Positions 8,137 to 16,088 of a stretch of 33,663 nt of DNA are shown here, one piece after another. The stretch's first letter is position 1, and every line of letters starts with the position of its first letter. Origin of the DNA: a virus. Its lineage: Duplodnaviria > Caudoviricetes. The notes beneath the pieces were generated by a model, which worked only from the letters and a program-made list of their open reading frames with translations, had not been told where the DNA came from and did no database searches. The DNA lies in the IMG/VR virus record IMGVR_UViG_3300037424_001358, positions 1 to 33,663 of that record; one strand, 5' to 3'. Position numbers and translations under genes: made by a program.

Positions 8137-8265
8137 CGGCTGACACTGAGTTGCTTACATGCATTTTAAGCAGGTGGTTGTGGGTTCGAATCCCATGTCT
8201 CGGGCACGTTCCCGTGACTAGCTCAATGGTAGAGCACCGACGTCGAGCACCTCGATTTTCAGCCG
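8137..8265 (+). ncRNA. Y RNA-like unit 3 with circularly permuted tRNA-Lys(UUU)-like domain
   Basis: Same scaffold; T arm 8180-8196, closed acceptor-like stem 8197-8218, D arm TAGCTCAATGGTAGAGC 8219-8235. Confidence 0.9.
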
Positions 8266-8273
8266 TTCACGTT

Positions 8274-8368
8274 CCGCGGATACGTACTTCGATACATGCT
8301 ACCAATTCAAGCGTAACTCGGCTAAGCAGCCGAGCCTCGAAAGAGGAACCGAAGTAGATTTTCCGCGG
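8274..8368 (+). ncRNA. Y RNA-like unit 4 (multi-hairpin, not tRNA-like)
   Basis: CCGCGGA/TCCGCGG, TACG/GATTT loop, TACTTCG/CGAAGTA, TACATGC; hairpins CTCGGCT/AGCCGAG and CCTC-GAAA-GAGG. Confidence 0.75.
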
Positions 8369-8409
8369 GCTTGTTCGTATTCTGGAAGTCGTTCCGAGGG
8401 AGGGTCGGA

Positions 8410-8589
8410 ATGCACTGGGCCATCCTACTGTGCTCGTTCTTCACGCTAGGACTCTCAATCTATTCGCTCCGCGAAGCGAACAAGGCCCTCCGAACGATGC
8501 GAGAGCTAGAGGAACGGATGAAGCTCGAGGTCGTTCGGATTGCGCGAATTGCCAAGGCAGCTCGGATGAGAGTCGGGGAGCTGCCTTAA
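8410..8589 (+). CDS. Small membrane-anchored protein
   Basis: GGGAGG RBS; N-terminal hydrophobic helix then a coiled-coil-like tail. Confidence 0.65.
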   Translation: MHWAILLCSFFTLGLSIYSLREANKALRTMRELEERMKLEVVRIARIAKAARMRVGELP

Positions 8590-8590
8590 A

Positions 8591-8758
8591 ATGAGCCGCT
8601 TCCTCCTCCTGCTCGTACTCGCGGGAATCTCTTGCGCTTCAGCACCGCGCAGCGAAGCTCCGTGCTCGGTCTGTCCGAAGGGCACGCTTTGCGTTCCGAT
8701 TCAGCGAGTAGGTCTTCCCTCTCTAGTCGAGTGCGTTCCGGAGGAGCCCACAAAGTGA
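8591..8758 (+). CDS. Small Cys-rich putative lipoprotein/exported protein (55 aa)
   Basis: MSRFLLLLVLAGISC signal-like N-terminus and four further Cys; fills the gap exactly; not in the ORF track. Confidence 0.6.
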   Translation: MSRFLLLLVLAGISCASAPRSEAPCSVCPKGTLCVPIQRVGLPSLVECVPEEPTK

Positions 8759-8784
8759 AATTCCTTCCAAAGGAGAATAAGCCT

Positions 8785-10272
8785 ATGACCCCTGAGTCGG
8801 GCATCTCGAAGAATCAAATGATTCGAGAGCTTGCGCGAAGCGCACACGGAGCACTGAAGGAGTACGTGCCCACGGCGCGGCGTGCCGCTTCCGAAGATCC
8901 TGGGTTCCTCGCACACCTAATCGCGTGGAACGAGAAGCACGGGCAGATCCGCGATTCGAAGGTTGCACTCCCCGTGGTTGCCCTTTCGAGCGTGAGTGAT
9001 GTGGAGCTTGTAGAGAATGCGCTCGCACATCTCGCACTGCTCGATCCGCGGAATCTCGTACGAGCACTGGACTTCGCTCGCGAAGTTCGAATCCCCGGAC
9101 AGGGCAAGGCGCTCAAGCGCACCGTGGAACGCTACCTCCGAGTTCGCGAAGCGAACTGGGCATGGTGGGAGCGTACTGCCCTACAGCACAGGGCTTCGCT
9201 GAAGGCTCTCTACTCGAAGCTCCACCTCGCTCCGGGCGACGCGAAGTATCAGATCATTCTGAACCATCGCGTAGCGAAGGGCGCGAAGCGGTGCGAGATG
9301 CCCGCAGGGACAACCTTCGCTTCTCTCGTGGCACTGAAGGACATGCCTGCCGGCGAAGCCGCAGCTCTACTGCTCGAAAAGCGTGTTCCGTTTCTCGTTG
9401 CTGTCGGAGCTCTCGGAACGCGTCTGCGCGAGGAAGATGCCCTCGGAGTTGCTCTCATCGACAGGATGAGCCCGACGGAGGTCGTGACGAACACGAAGCT
9501 GCTCGAACGGATCGGGATGCGTACACGCCCGGCGCTTCGCGCAGCGTACGAGCTCGCTCTCGAGCGTGTCGCCGAGTCGAAGAAGGTCACGCTGAAGACG
9601 ACTCGCGCTGCTGAGGCAATCGACTCCGAAGCTCTCAAGAGCAAGCTCCAGGCTGCTCAAGAGAAGCAAATCGACGCAGTCGGCCTCAAGGGCCGTTGGC
9701 TCGTTCTCGCGGACAAGAGTGGCTCGATGCAGCTTGCAATCGAAACGAGCCGACTCATCGCCGCAACGCTCGCACGCTATGCGGAGGCAGTCCACTTGAT
9801 CTTCTTCGACGTGGCTCCGAGCTACGTCAACGCAACAGGAAAGACCTACGAAGAGCTCATCACGATCACGAGGCACGTCTTCGCTGGAGGCGGTACGAGC
9901 ATCGGATGTGGTCTACGCTACGCGATCGACAAGGAGCTCGACGTCGACGGAATCGTAATCATCTCCGACTCGGCGGAGAACTCCAGTCCGTTCTTTGCCG
10001 AAACCTACCAGAAGTACAGCGACTTGACAGGGGGAGAGCCTCCGGTCTACCTCTACAAGCTTTCGGGGGAAACCACGAACACTCTCGAAAGCTCGATGGA
10101 GCGCGCACGGCTTGACTTGCAGATTTTCGACCTTCGAAAGCAGAAGGTCGACTTCTACAGCCTACCGAATCTTGTCCAGACGATGCGCGTCGGTCGCTTC
10201 TCGCTGATCGACGAAGTCATGCAGACTCCGCTTCTCAAGTTCGCGGACGTCTTCAAAGGAGCAGCTGCGTGA
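8785..10272 (+). CDS. Ro60/Rsr-like TROVE + vWA RNA-binding protein
   Basis: AAGGAG RBS before ATG 8785 (495 aa). Helical basic N-terminal region (EDPGFLAHLIAW..IRDSK) and C-terminal vWA with MIDAS residues DKSGS, GGT, ISD. Adjacent tRNA-like RNAs support the Ro60 call. Confidence 0.8.
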   Translation: MTPESGISKNQMIRELARSAHGALKEYVPTARRAASEDPGFLAHLIAWNEKHGQIRDSKVALPVVALSSVSDVELVENALAHLALLDPRNLVRALDFAREVRIPGQGKALKRTVERYLRVREANWAWWERTALQHRASLKALYSKLHLAPGDAKYQIILNHRVAKGAKRCEMPAGTTFASLVALKDMPAGEAAALLLEKRVPFLVAVGALGTRLREEDALGVALIDRMSPTEVVTNTKLLERIGMRTRPALRAAYELALERVAESKKVTLKTTRAAEAIDSEALKSKLQAAQEKQIDAVGLKGRWLVLADKSGSMQLAIETSRLIAATLARYAEAVHLIFFDVAPSYVNATGKTYEELITITRHVFAGGGTSIGCGLRYAIDKELDVDGIVIISDSAENSSPFFAETYQKYSDLTGGEPPVYLYKLSGETTNTLESSMERARLDLQIFDLRKQKVDFYSLPNLVQTMRVGRFSLIDEVMQTPLLKFADVFKGAAA

Positions 10273-10826
10273 CCGCATGGAGCTGGTCGCAGAAGCTCTG
10301 TCCTCGGTGCGGTCGAACCCTGCTTCAGAAAGGGGAGGAGGTCTTCTGTGCGATGAACGCGCCGTACAGCGGCTGCGGTTGGCCTCTTCCTCCCATCTCT
10401 GCAGATCGAGCTGCTCTTGAGAAGGAACGAATCCGGGCGCGGTCTTTCGTGGAAGTCGCAGAAGTGATAGAGTTCAACCGGCGCCTCAAGGCGCTAAGAA
10501 AGGAACGTGCAGGAATGTTCGACGCAATGGCCAGCCTAAAGAATTTCGAGGCCGATTCCGCAGGTCTCGACGACCTCGTCGCAATGACGGCAACAGGAAA
10601 CGTTCTGCGCGCCGCCTACGCAGAGCACGGTCTGACCGCTCCGGAGTGGCTGAACGAAGGGCTGCGTGCAGTCGCTCGCGAAGTGAAGGAGCGCAGGCGT
10701 GACTTCAAGGCACGGGATCTCACGCTGCTCCGGGCGAAGCTCGAGAAGAAGAAGGCCGAGAGCCAGACGACCGCGGAGCTCGAGACGAAGATCTCGGAGC
10801 TCGAAAAGGAGCTCGACCTGACGTAG
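10269..10826 (+). CDS. Hypothetical protein: N-terminal Zn ribbon + helical/coiled-coil region
   Basis: GTGA coupling to the TROVE gene; CPRC..C..C; possible second start at ATG 10516. Confidence 0.7.
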   Translation: MTAWSWSQKLCPRCGRTLLQKGEEVFCAMNAPYSGCGWPLPPISADRAALEKERIRARSFVEVAEVIEFNRRLKALRKERAGMFDAMASLKNFEADSAGLDDLVAMTATGNVLRAAYAEHGLTAPEWLNEGLRAVAREVKERRRDFKARDLTLLRAKLEKKKAESQTTAELETKISELEKELDLT

Positions 10827-10845
10827 CACTGCGCGGAGCAACGCA

Positions 10846-11238
10846 GTGCAGACCGAGCCGTTCGTAAGCCAGCTTGCTGTAGACTTCATCGACCCGCTCG
10901 TCGAGCATTCTCCCTATACGACTTCCCGAATCGCGGTGCTGAAGGACGGGACTCCGTGTTCCGTCCTTCAGCTGCTCGCGGAACGAAAATTCGGCGCCGT
11001 GCCCGAAGGACACTTCCCCTTCTGGATCGATGGAGACTCGCGTAACGAGACTCTTTCGAACGTTGCTCTTGCAGAGCGCGAAGCGCGAGCACGCCGGAAG
11101 CTAAAGCTTCCCGGAGGTCCTGACTACCGCAAGCGGTGGAGGGAGCTGAATCCAGAGCGGGTTCTTGCGTATACTCGAACCGCTGCGCTGCGCAAAGCGC
11201 TACGTACAACCTTCCTTAAGTTGAAGGGGAAAGAATGA
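10846..11238 (+). CDS. Degenerate HNH-like protein
   Basis: WIDGDSRNETLSNV resembles the HxDGxxxNNxxxNL motif but lacks the catalytic His. Confidence 0.55.
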   Translation: MQTEPFVSQLAVDFIDPLVEHSPYTTSRIAVLKDGTPCSVLQLLAERKFGAVPEGHFPFWIDGDSRNETLSNVALAEREARARRKLKLPGGPDYRKRWRELNPERVLAYTRTAALRKALRTTFLKLKGKE

Positions 11239-11504
11239 CCACAACAGTCGAAGGTCAGCTCGAAATCGATCACATCCGTGGAGTCATCTACTTCCATGTC
11301 AATCTACCTAAAGAGAATCTTCCCCCGACACTCCTTCGGATCTGCGGTCTGCCTCGACCGATTCCCGCCGGCACGATGCTTGACCTTACAATCCGCCCGT
11401 TGAAGCAGATGAATGAGTTCGCGCGCTTCGCAGTGCTCTTCGACTGGGCGGAGCGTACTGCTTCGCAGAGCGAAGCTCCTCCGGAGGATCCTCATGAAGC
11501 TTAA
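11235..11504 (+). CDS. Hypothetical protein
   Basis: ATGA coupling. Confidence 0.7.
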   Translation: MTTTVEGQLEIDHIRGVIYFHVNLPKENLPPTLLRICGLPRPIPAGTMLDLTIRPLKQMNEFARFAVLFDWAERTASQSEAPPEDPHEA

Positions 11505-11652
11505 GCTTCCTCCTCCTCCGGAAGACTGGCCTGAAAGTGCGCAGGCTGCTGCTGCTGTCGTGCTCCTCCTCGGACTGACCTATGTCCTGCGCCCTCGTGA
11601 TGTTGCGAGCTTCATCCGTCGTATTCTTGAGGAGTTCGAAGATGCTCGCTAG
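11494..11652 (+). CDS. Small membrane protein
   Basis: GGAGG RBS; hydrophobic AAAAVVLLLGLTYVL. Confidence 0.55.
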   Translation: MKLKLPPPPEDWPESAQAAAAVVLLLGLTYVLRPRDVASFIRRILEEFEDAR

Positions 11653-11872
11653 GGCTTCGAAGAAGCCGAAGAGCCTGCCAGCGCGACCCACGCGTACGCC
11701 TGGAATGAGGTATTTCTTGCGTCAGCAGTGGCCCTCCACGCGTTGGCAGGTTCTTCAGATCTCCGAAGCGCAAGCACAAGCTTTGCTTGAGAGGGGAGAA
11801 AGGACGTACTCCACCTCTGCTCAAGCCTACGCGATAGCACGAAAGCTGAACAGTCAAGGAGACATAACATGA
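11642..11872 (+). CDS. Hypothetical basic protein
   Basis: GAGGAG RBS; coupled to queC. Confidence 0.6.
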   Translation: MLARASKKPKSLPARPTRTPGMRYFLRQQWPSTRWQVLQISEAQAQALLERGERTYSTSAQAYAIARKLNSQGDIT

Positions 11873-12549
11873 ACAAAACAGTTGTCTTACTCTCCGGAGG
11901 TCTTGACTCCTCGACGCTCGTCTACTGGCTCCTAAACCGAGATCTTGAAGTCGTAGCGTTGAGCGTGCGCTACGGACAACGCCATGCGTGTGAGCTTCTC
12001 GCGGCACGAGCAGTCGCGAAGCACGCAGGAGTCCACCTTGTGGAACTGGACCTCGAGAAGTCTCTCGCGGAAGTCTTCGCAGGAGCAAAGAGCAGCCAAG
12101 TCGGATCGAAAACCGCAGTTCCGATCGGACACTACGCTGACGAAACGATGAAGCTCACGATCGTTCCGAACCGAAACATGCTCCTGCTCGCTCTGGCCGG
12201 AGCGCTCGCCGTCTCGATCGGGGCTCCAAGCGTTGCCTATGCTGCACACTCCGGAGATCACGCGATCTATCCAGACTGCCGCCCGGAATTCGCTCAAGCG
12301 ATGGCCAAGGCGCTTGCGCTTGGCTCCACAATCGACCTCGTAACTCCTTTCGTCACGATTTCCAAGACAGAAATCGTGCGCCAAGGAACGAAGCTCCGTG
12401 TTCCGTTCGAACTCACGTATTCGTGCTACGCCGGACGCACGGAGCACTGTGGTGTTTGCGGAACGTGCTACGAGCGGCAAGAAGCGTTCCGCGACGCAGG
12501 AGTTTCCGACCCGACGAAGTACGAACTCCTTCAGGTGAAGGAAGGCTAA
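11869..12549 (+). CDS. queC: 7-cyano-7-deazaguanine synthase
   Basis: SGGLDS PP-loop, VPNRN, YPDCR, TYSCY, HCGVCGTC. Confidence 0.97.
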   Translation: MNKTVVLLSGGLDSSTLVYWLLNRDLEVVALSVRYGQRHACELLAARAVAKHAGVHLVELDLEKSLAEVFAGAKSSQVGSKTAVPIGHYADETMKLTIVPNRNMLLLALAGALAVSIGAPSVAYAAHSGDHAIYPDCRPEFAQAMAKALALGSTIDLVTPFVTISKTEIVRQGTKLRVPFELTYSCYAGRTEHCGVCGTCYERQEAFRDAGVSDPTKYELLQVKEG

Positions 12550-12554
12550 AGTCT

Positions 12555-13175
12555 GTGCTCTTGACGAAGCTCGAAGCGGAAGAACTCCTCGACCATCTTC
12601 AGCAGTCTCCTGACCTGTGGATGGAGAGCGAGGAGACTCCAGGGCTATGGCTCCACTCGAACGAAGAGGCTGAAGCCGTCTGTGCATTGCAGGTGCTGCC
12701 TGGAGAGACCTTCGTCGAAGTCCAGGCAACTCCGTTGGGGTGGTCTGAAGAGCAGACGCAGACATACTTGCAGAGTCTCGTCGAACACTGGACGACGCTG
12801 CGTGCACGCAAGGCAGCTGCCTCCTTTCTTCGCGACGAACTCTCAATCGATGCCGCAACAGCAGAGCTTGCAGCGCTAGCTCTTTCCCAGCTCGAAGTTG
12901 CTCCGGCTGTAGGCCCCTGTCCGGATCTCCCCCAGCTTCCCCCCAGGGAGAGCGCAAGCGCGGAAGCCGTGCTCTTCTCTGTTGTTGGAGGAGGTTATGT
13001 AGAGCTTCGCTTTCGAGAGGGCTTTCTCCATGCCACAGTTTCAGTGCCCTCAGCTCGCCAGCATTTGAGCTTCGGACCCTCTCTAACAGGACTTCTTCGA
13101 GGAGTCGTGCGTTCTCATGCAGTGCATACGGAACGAGTTGCTGTCGCGCTCCTGCAGGAGGAGATCTCCAAATGA
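12555..13175 (+). CDS. Hypothetical protein
   Basis: Likely GTG start just after the queC stop; start uncertain. Confidence 0.65.
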   Translation: MLLTKLEAEELLDHLQQSPDLWMESEETPGLWLHSNEEAEAVCALQVLPGETFVEVQATPLGWSEEQTQTYLQSLVEHWTTLRARKAAASFLRDELSIDAATAELAALALSQLEVAPAVGPCPDLPQLPPRESASAEAVLFSVVGGGYVELRFREGFLHATVSVPSARQHLSFGPSLTGLLRGVVRSHAVHTERVAVALLQEEISK

Positions 13176-13336
13176 AATGCCGCTACTGCTCGAAGATCGG
13201 TATTTGGATCTGCCGAATCTGCAATAAGTGGATCTGCTCCGATCATCACGTACGCGTTTCATCGAACGGTACACGAGTCGAAGTGCTCTGCACGTGGGAC
13301 TGTAAGGCGCCTTCGGCGCCGGAGGCGATTCGATGA
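13172..13336 (+). CDS. Small Zn-finger protein (54 aa)
   Basis: GGAGG RBS, ATGA coupling at both ends; MKCRYC..ICRICNKWICSDH; not in the ORF track. Confidence 0.7.
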   Translation: MKCRYCSKIGIWICRICNKWICSDHHVRVSSNGTRVEVLCTWDCKAPSAPEAIR

Positions 13337-13569
13337 AGGATGCACGAGATCGCGAACGTACATGCCAGGAGGCTTCTTCTCTCTCGCACGGCTTCCTCGT
13401 TCCATGTGGTGCAGTTGCGAGCTACATTGTGGACAACGGAGACGAACATCCCTACTGGATGTGTGCCGCTTGCGCAACGCACAACTCTAAGAACAGGAGA
13501 GCGGTTGTCTTCGTTCCACTTCTTCTGAAGCCTACAAGCTCAGAGAGGTCTCCGAATGGATGGGTCTAA
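13333..13569 (+). CDS. Small Cys-containing protein
   Basis: GGAGG RBS; C..C..CxxC pattern. Confidence 0.65.
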   Translation: MKDARDRERTCQEASSLSHGFLVPCGAVASYIVDNGDEHPYWMCAACATHNSKNRRAVVFVPLLLKPTSSERSPNGWV

Positions 13570-14575
13570 GCCTTTCGTCATCAACCAGAGTCACCTGAAG
13601 GCGTTCCTAAACTGCCAACGCCTCTACGGCTGGTATCGCATCGCGAAGCTCGAGCCTGTCGGGCGAAGAAGCGCTCCCGAAATAGGAACAGCCGTACACG
13701 CAGGACTTGCCGTGCTGCACACCGAAGGTGCAACGCTCGACGACGCTATGCAGGCTGCAACGGAGAAGCTCTCAGAACGCTCCGGGCCTCAGCTCGCCTT
13801 CGAAGACAAAACTCAGGAGGAAGCCCAAGCAATCGTCGATCGAGTGCTGCCGGCGTATGAAGCGCATTGGACAAAAGAAAACGACATGTGGGCTCCGCTT
13901 GCGGAAGAAGTCCAGTTCCTCGTCGAGATTCAGCCCGGATGGTGGCACCGCACTTTCTCCGGGGAAGTCTCCGAGGAGGAAGGCCGGAAGCTCGACGCTG
14001 AATGGCTCGAGCATCCTTCAGGGATTTTTCTTCGAGGCCGCGCCGACAACCTCTCAATCATGCGCGGAGGCCTCTATCTGGTCGACTACAAAACCGCAGC
14101 ACGGATGGACCCTCGGGACCTCTTGAAGTACGAAATGGATCTACAGCTCACGGCCTATCTCTACGGACTAACAAAGCAGCTTACTCTCGACTCGCTTGCA
14201 GAAGGCGGAGCTCCAGTTGAGGTTCAGGGCGCCATCATAGATTTGCTCGTGAAGACGGCTGCTCCACAGTTCGCTAGGGAACTCTATACGAGGTCCCTCG
14301 AAGAGATGAACGAGTTCGAGCTCGAGTTCTTTGAATACGGCCAACGCATCCGCGCACAGAATGCTCGGATCGAGACAGGGGAAGACTGGAAGCTCGTCTT
14401 TCCAAAAAACACCGAACATTGCTTCCGCTACGGCACGTGTCCTTTTCGTGACCTCTGCCTCAAGGACACTCCAACAAGGCGTGCCGTCTTCAACTCCCGT
14501 GAACCTGACTACGTGGACGAAGCCGCTCAGGAGCTTCTCCAACGGTGGAAGGAGCAGCATGAGAAGAAGACTTAA
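13556..14575 (+). CDS. PD-(D/E)XK Cas4/RecB-like exonuclease
   Basis: FLNCQR, GTAVH, GRAD...LVDYKT, QLTAY, C-terminal C.....CPFRDLC. Confidence 0.9.
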   Translation: MDGSKPFVINQSHLKAFLNCQRLYGWYRIAKLEPVGRRSAPEIGTAVHAGLAVLHTEGATLDDAMQAATEKLSERSGPQLAFEDKTQEEAQAIVDRVLPAYEAHWTKENDMWAPLAEEVQFLVEIQPGWWHRTFSGEVSEEEGRKLDAEWLEHPSGIFLRGRADNLSIMRGGLYLVDYKTAARMDPRDLLKYEMDLQLTAYLYGLTKQLTLDSLAEGGAPVEVQGAIIDLLVKTAAPQFARELYTRSLEEMNEFELEFFEYGQRIRAQNARIETGEDWKLVFPKNTEHCFRYGTCPFRDLCLKDTPTRRAVFNSREPDYVDEAAQELLQRWKEQHEKKT

Positions 14576-14696
14576 GAGGCGCCGCCGCGAAGCGTCGTAC
14601 GTTCAACTTTCCACAGAGGAGCTCTTCGAGCAGCACGAGCTCGATTGTCCCCACTGTGGAGCAAAAGGCGCGCATGCGCGCCGAAAGGAGGAGTGA
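14559..14696 (+). CDS. Small basic protein with CxxC
   Basis: AAGGAG RBS; fills the gap between the nuclease and the ATPase. Confidence 0.5.
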   Translation: MRRRLKRRRREASYVQLSTEELFEQHELDCPHCGAKGAHARRKEE

Positions 14697-15521
14697 GTGC
14701 CCCCCGGGTCACTACCTAAGCTTCAAAACACGAACACCCTCCGTGCAACGTTCGGAACCGTTCTTTCCTACGGCCCCGCGGGAGCAGGCAAGACACGTTC
14801 GATCAAGACGCTGAAAGACGCGGGAATGAACCCGCTCATTCTCGTAACGGAAATCGGAGAGACCGGAGGTCTTCTCACCTTGCAGGGGCTCGGAGTGCCC
14901 TTTCTTAAGGTTTCGACCCACGCCGAGCTGATCGAAGTGATTCACGCTCTTCGCCGAAAACCCGGTAAGGTCGAATACGAAGACATCGAATTCGGAGCTG
15001 TCGTTCTCGACTCCATCACACAGTGGGGAGAGATGCCTCTCGAACGTTACGTCGAGCTCAAGGGCTGGACGGACTTGCACGGCGTAACGATGAAGGGCGA
15101 CGGGAAAGATCCACGCGCAGCGTATGGCTTTCTCGCAGAGAAAGGCCGACAACTCTACAAGGAGCTCTTCGCCCTGCACGCACATCTGTACATCATCGCC
15201 CGCGAAGGGCTTTTCGGTGGAGGAGACGAAGCCCTCTTCGCGGCGCCCGAGCTTCCGGGGCAGAAGCTGCCCCGTGAGCTTCCGGGATGGCCTGACGCAA
15301 CCGTTCGTCTGCGGATCGTGGCCGGAAAGCATGTGATGATCACGAAAGGGGAAGGAGGCTCTCCGGCGCGCGTGCGCTTGCCGGAAGCAATTCCTGCGCT
15401 CCCTCTTCGCTGCGAACCGAACATCGGTGCGCTGATCAAACTCATGTGCGGAGATCGTGCCGCGTACGACCTTCTCGTTCCTCCGAAGGAAGGCGCGAAG
15501 CCGAAAGTCGAGACGACGTAA
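14697..15521 (+). CDS. AAA_24/Sak4-like ATPase (recombinase)
   Basis: Walker A GPAGAGKT, Walker B VVLDS; lies between the exonuclease and SSB genes. Confidence 0.85.
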   Translation: MPPGSLPKLQNTNTLRATFGTVLSYGPAGAGKTRSIKTLKDAGMNPLILVTEIGETGGLLTLQGLGVPFLKVSTHAELIEVIHALRRKPGKVEYEDIEFGAVVLDSITQWGEMPLERYVELKGWTDLHGVTMKGDGKDPRAAYGFLAEKGRQLYKELFALHAHLYIIAREGLFGGGDEALFAAPELPGQKLPRELPGWPDATVRLRIVAGKHVMITKGEGGSPARVRLPEAIPALPLRCEPNIGALIKLMCGDRAAYDLLVPPKEGAKPKVETT

Positions 15522-15603
15522 GTCGTACGAGCTCAACGGCCTGACTAACCGAGCAGCGTTGACGCTCGTTGTGCACTCTCGGTCCGAAAGTGAGACACGT
15601 ATC

Positions 15604-16020
15604 ATGGTGATGATTCCGAACGCACCGAAAATGGGCGACATGCCCACCGGCAGCCCTCTTCCCGAGGGTGTCTACCACCTGCGGCTGGACAAGACCACGC
15701 TCAAGAAGACCGGTCCGGCGTCGAAGGCCCCCGGCAGCCCGATGGCCGAGTGCCAGATGACCGTGTTCGGTCCGGAGGAGGCCGAGGAGTTCCACGGGCG
15801 GAAGGTCTTCGAGAACTTCATGCTCGCCGGAGAAGGGATGTTCCGCACGCGGCAGTTCCTCGAGGCCGCGGGGAAGAACGAGGAGTTCGTGCTCGATGAC
15901 ACCGAGCAGCTCCTCGGGCTGGAAGTCGCCGCCGTCGTGCAGGTCGAGCCGGAGAGGAAGGACGGAGACAAGGTGTACTCGGCCCGGAACAAGGTGCTGC
16001 GGTACATGCCCGTGCAGTAG
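15604..16020 (+). CDS. DUF669-like single-stranded DNA-binding protein
   Basis: PLPEGVYHL..GRKVFENF..RNKV pattern; position after the Sak4-like gene; strong codon bias. Confidence 0.8.
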   Translation: MVMIPNAPKMGDMPTGSPLPEGVYHLRLDKTTLKKTGPASKAPGSPMAECQMTVFGPEEAEEFHGRKVFENFMLAGEGMFRTRQFLEAAGKNEEFVLDDTEQLLGLEVAAVVQVEPERKDGDKVYSARNKVLRYMPVQ

Positions 16021-16088
16021 AGCCGCTCTCTGGACGTGGATTCTGGAGGTCGTACTATACTCGGATGGGCAGGGCGCAATAAGACGCA

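Noticed and set aside
8025-8238. Canonical tRNA genes
   Set aside because: The T arm precedes the D arm, the acceptor stem is closed by a loop and there is no CCA. Joining the D arm of unit 2 to the T arm of unit 3 gives non-matching acceptor strands.
7790-8357. ORFs 7790-8164 (-) and 8151-8357 (+)
   Set aside because: They overlap the structured RNA array, have no RBS and do not look protein-like.
7922-8368. CRISPR array, given the Cas4-like gene nearby
   Set aside because: Unit lengths vary and the conservation is structural rather than identical repeats. The Cas4-like nuclease sits in an ordinary exonuclease-ATPase-SSB module.
8632-8784. Longer TROVE N-terminus from the ORF track
   Set aside because: It overlaps the 8591-8758 ORF, and a strong RBS precedes ATG 8785.
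10805-10826. Shared 3' end AAGGAGCTCGnnCTGACGTAG with the 6685-7005 gene (KELDLT vs KELGLT)
   Set aside because: Short match in two codon-biased genes; chance cannot be excluded.
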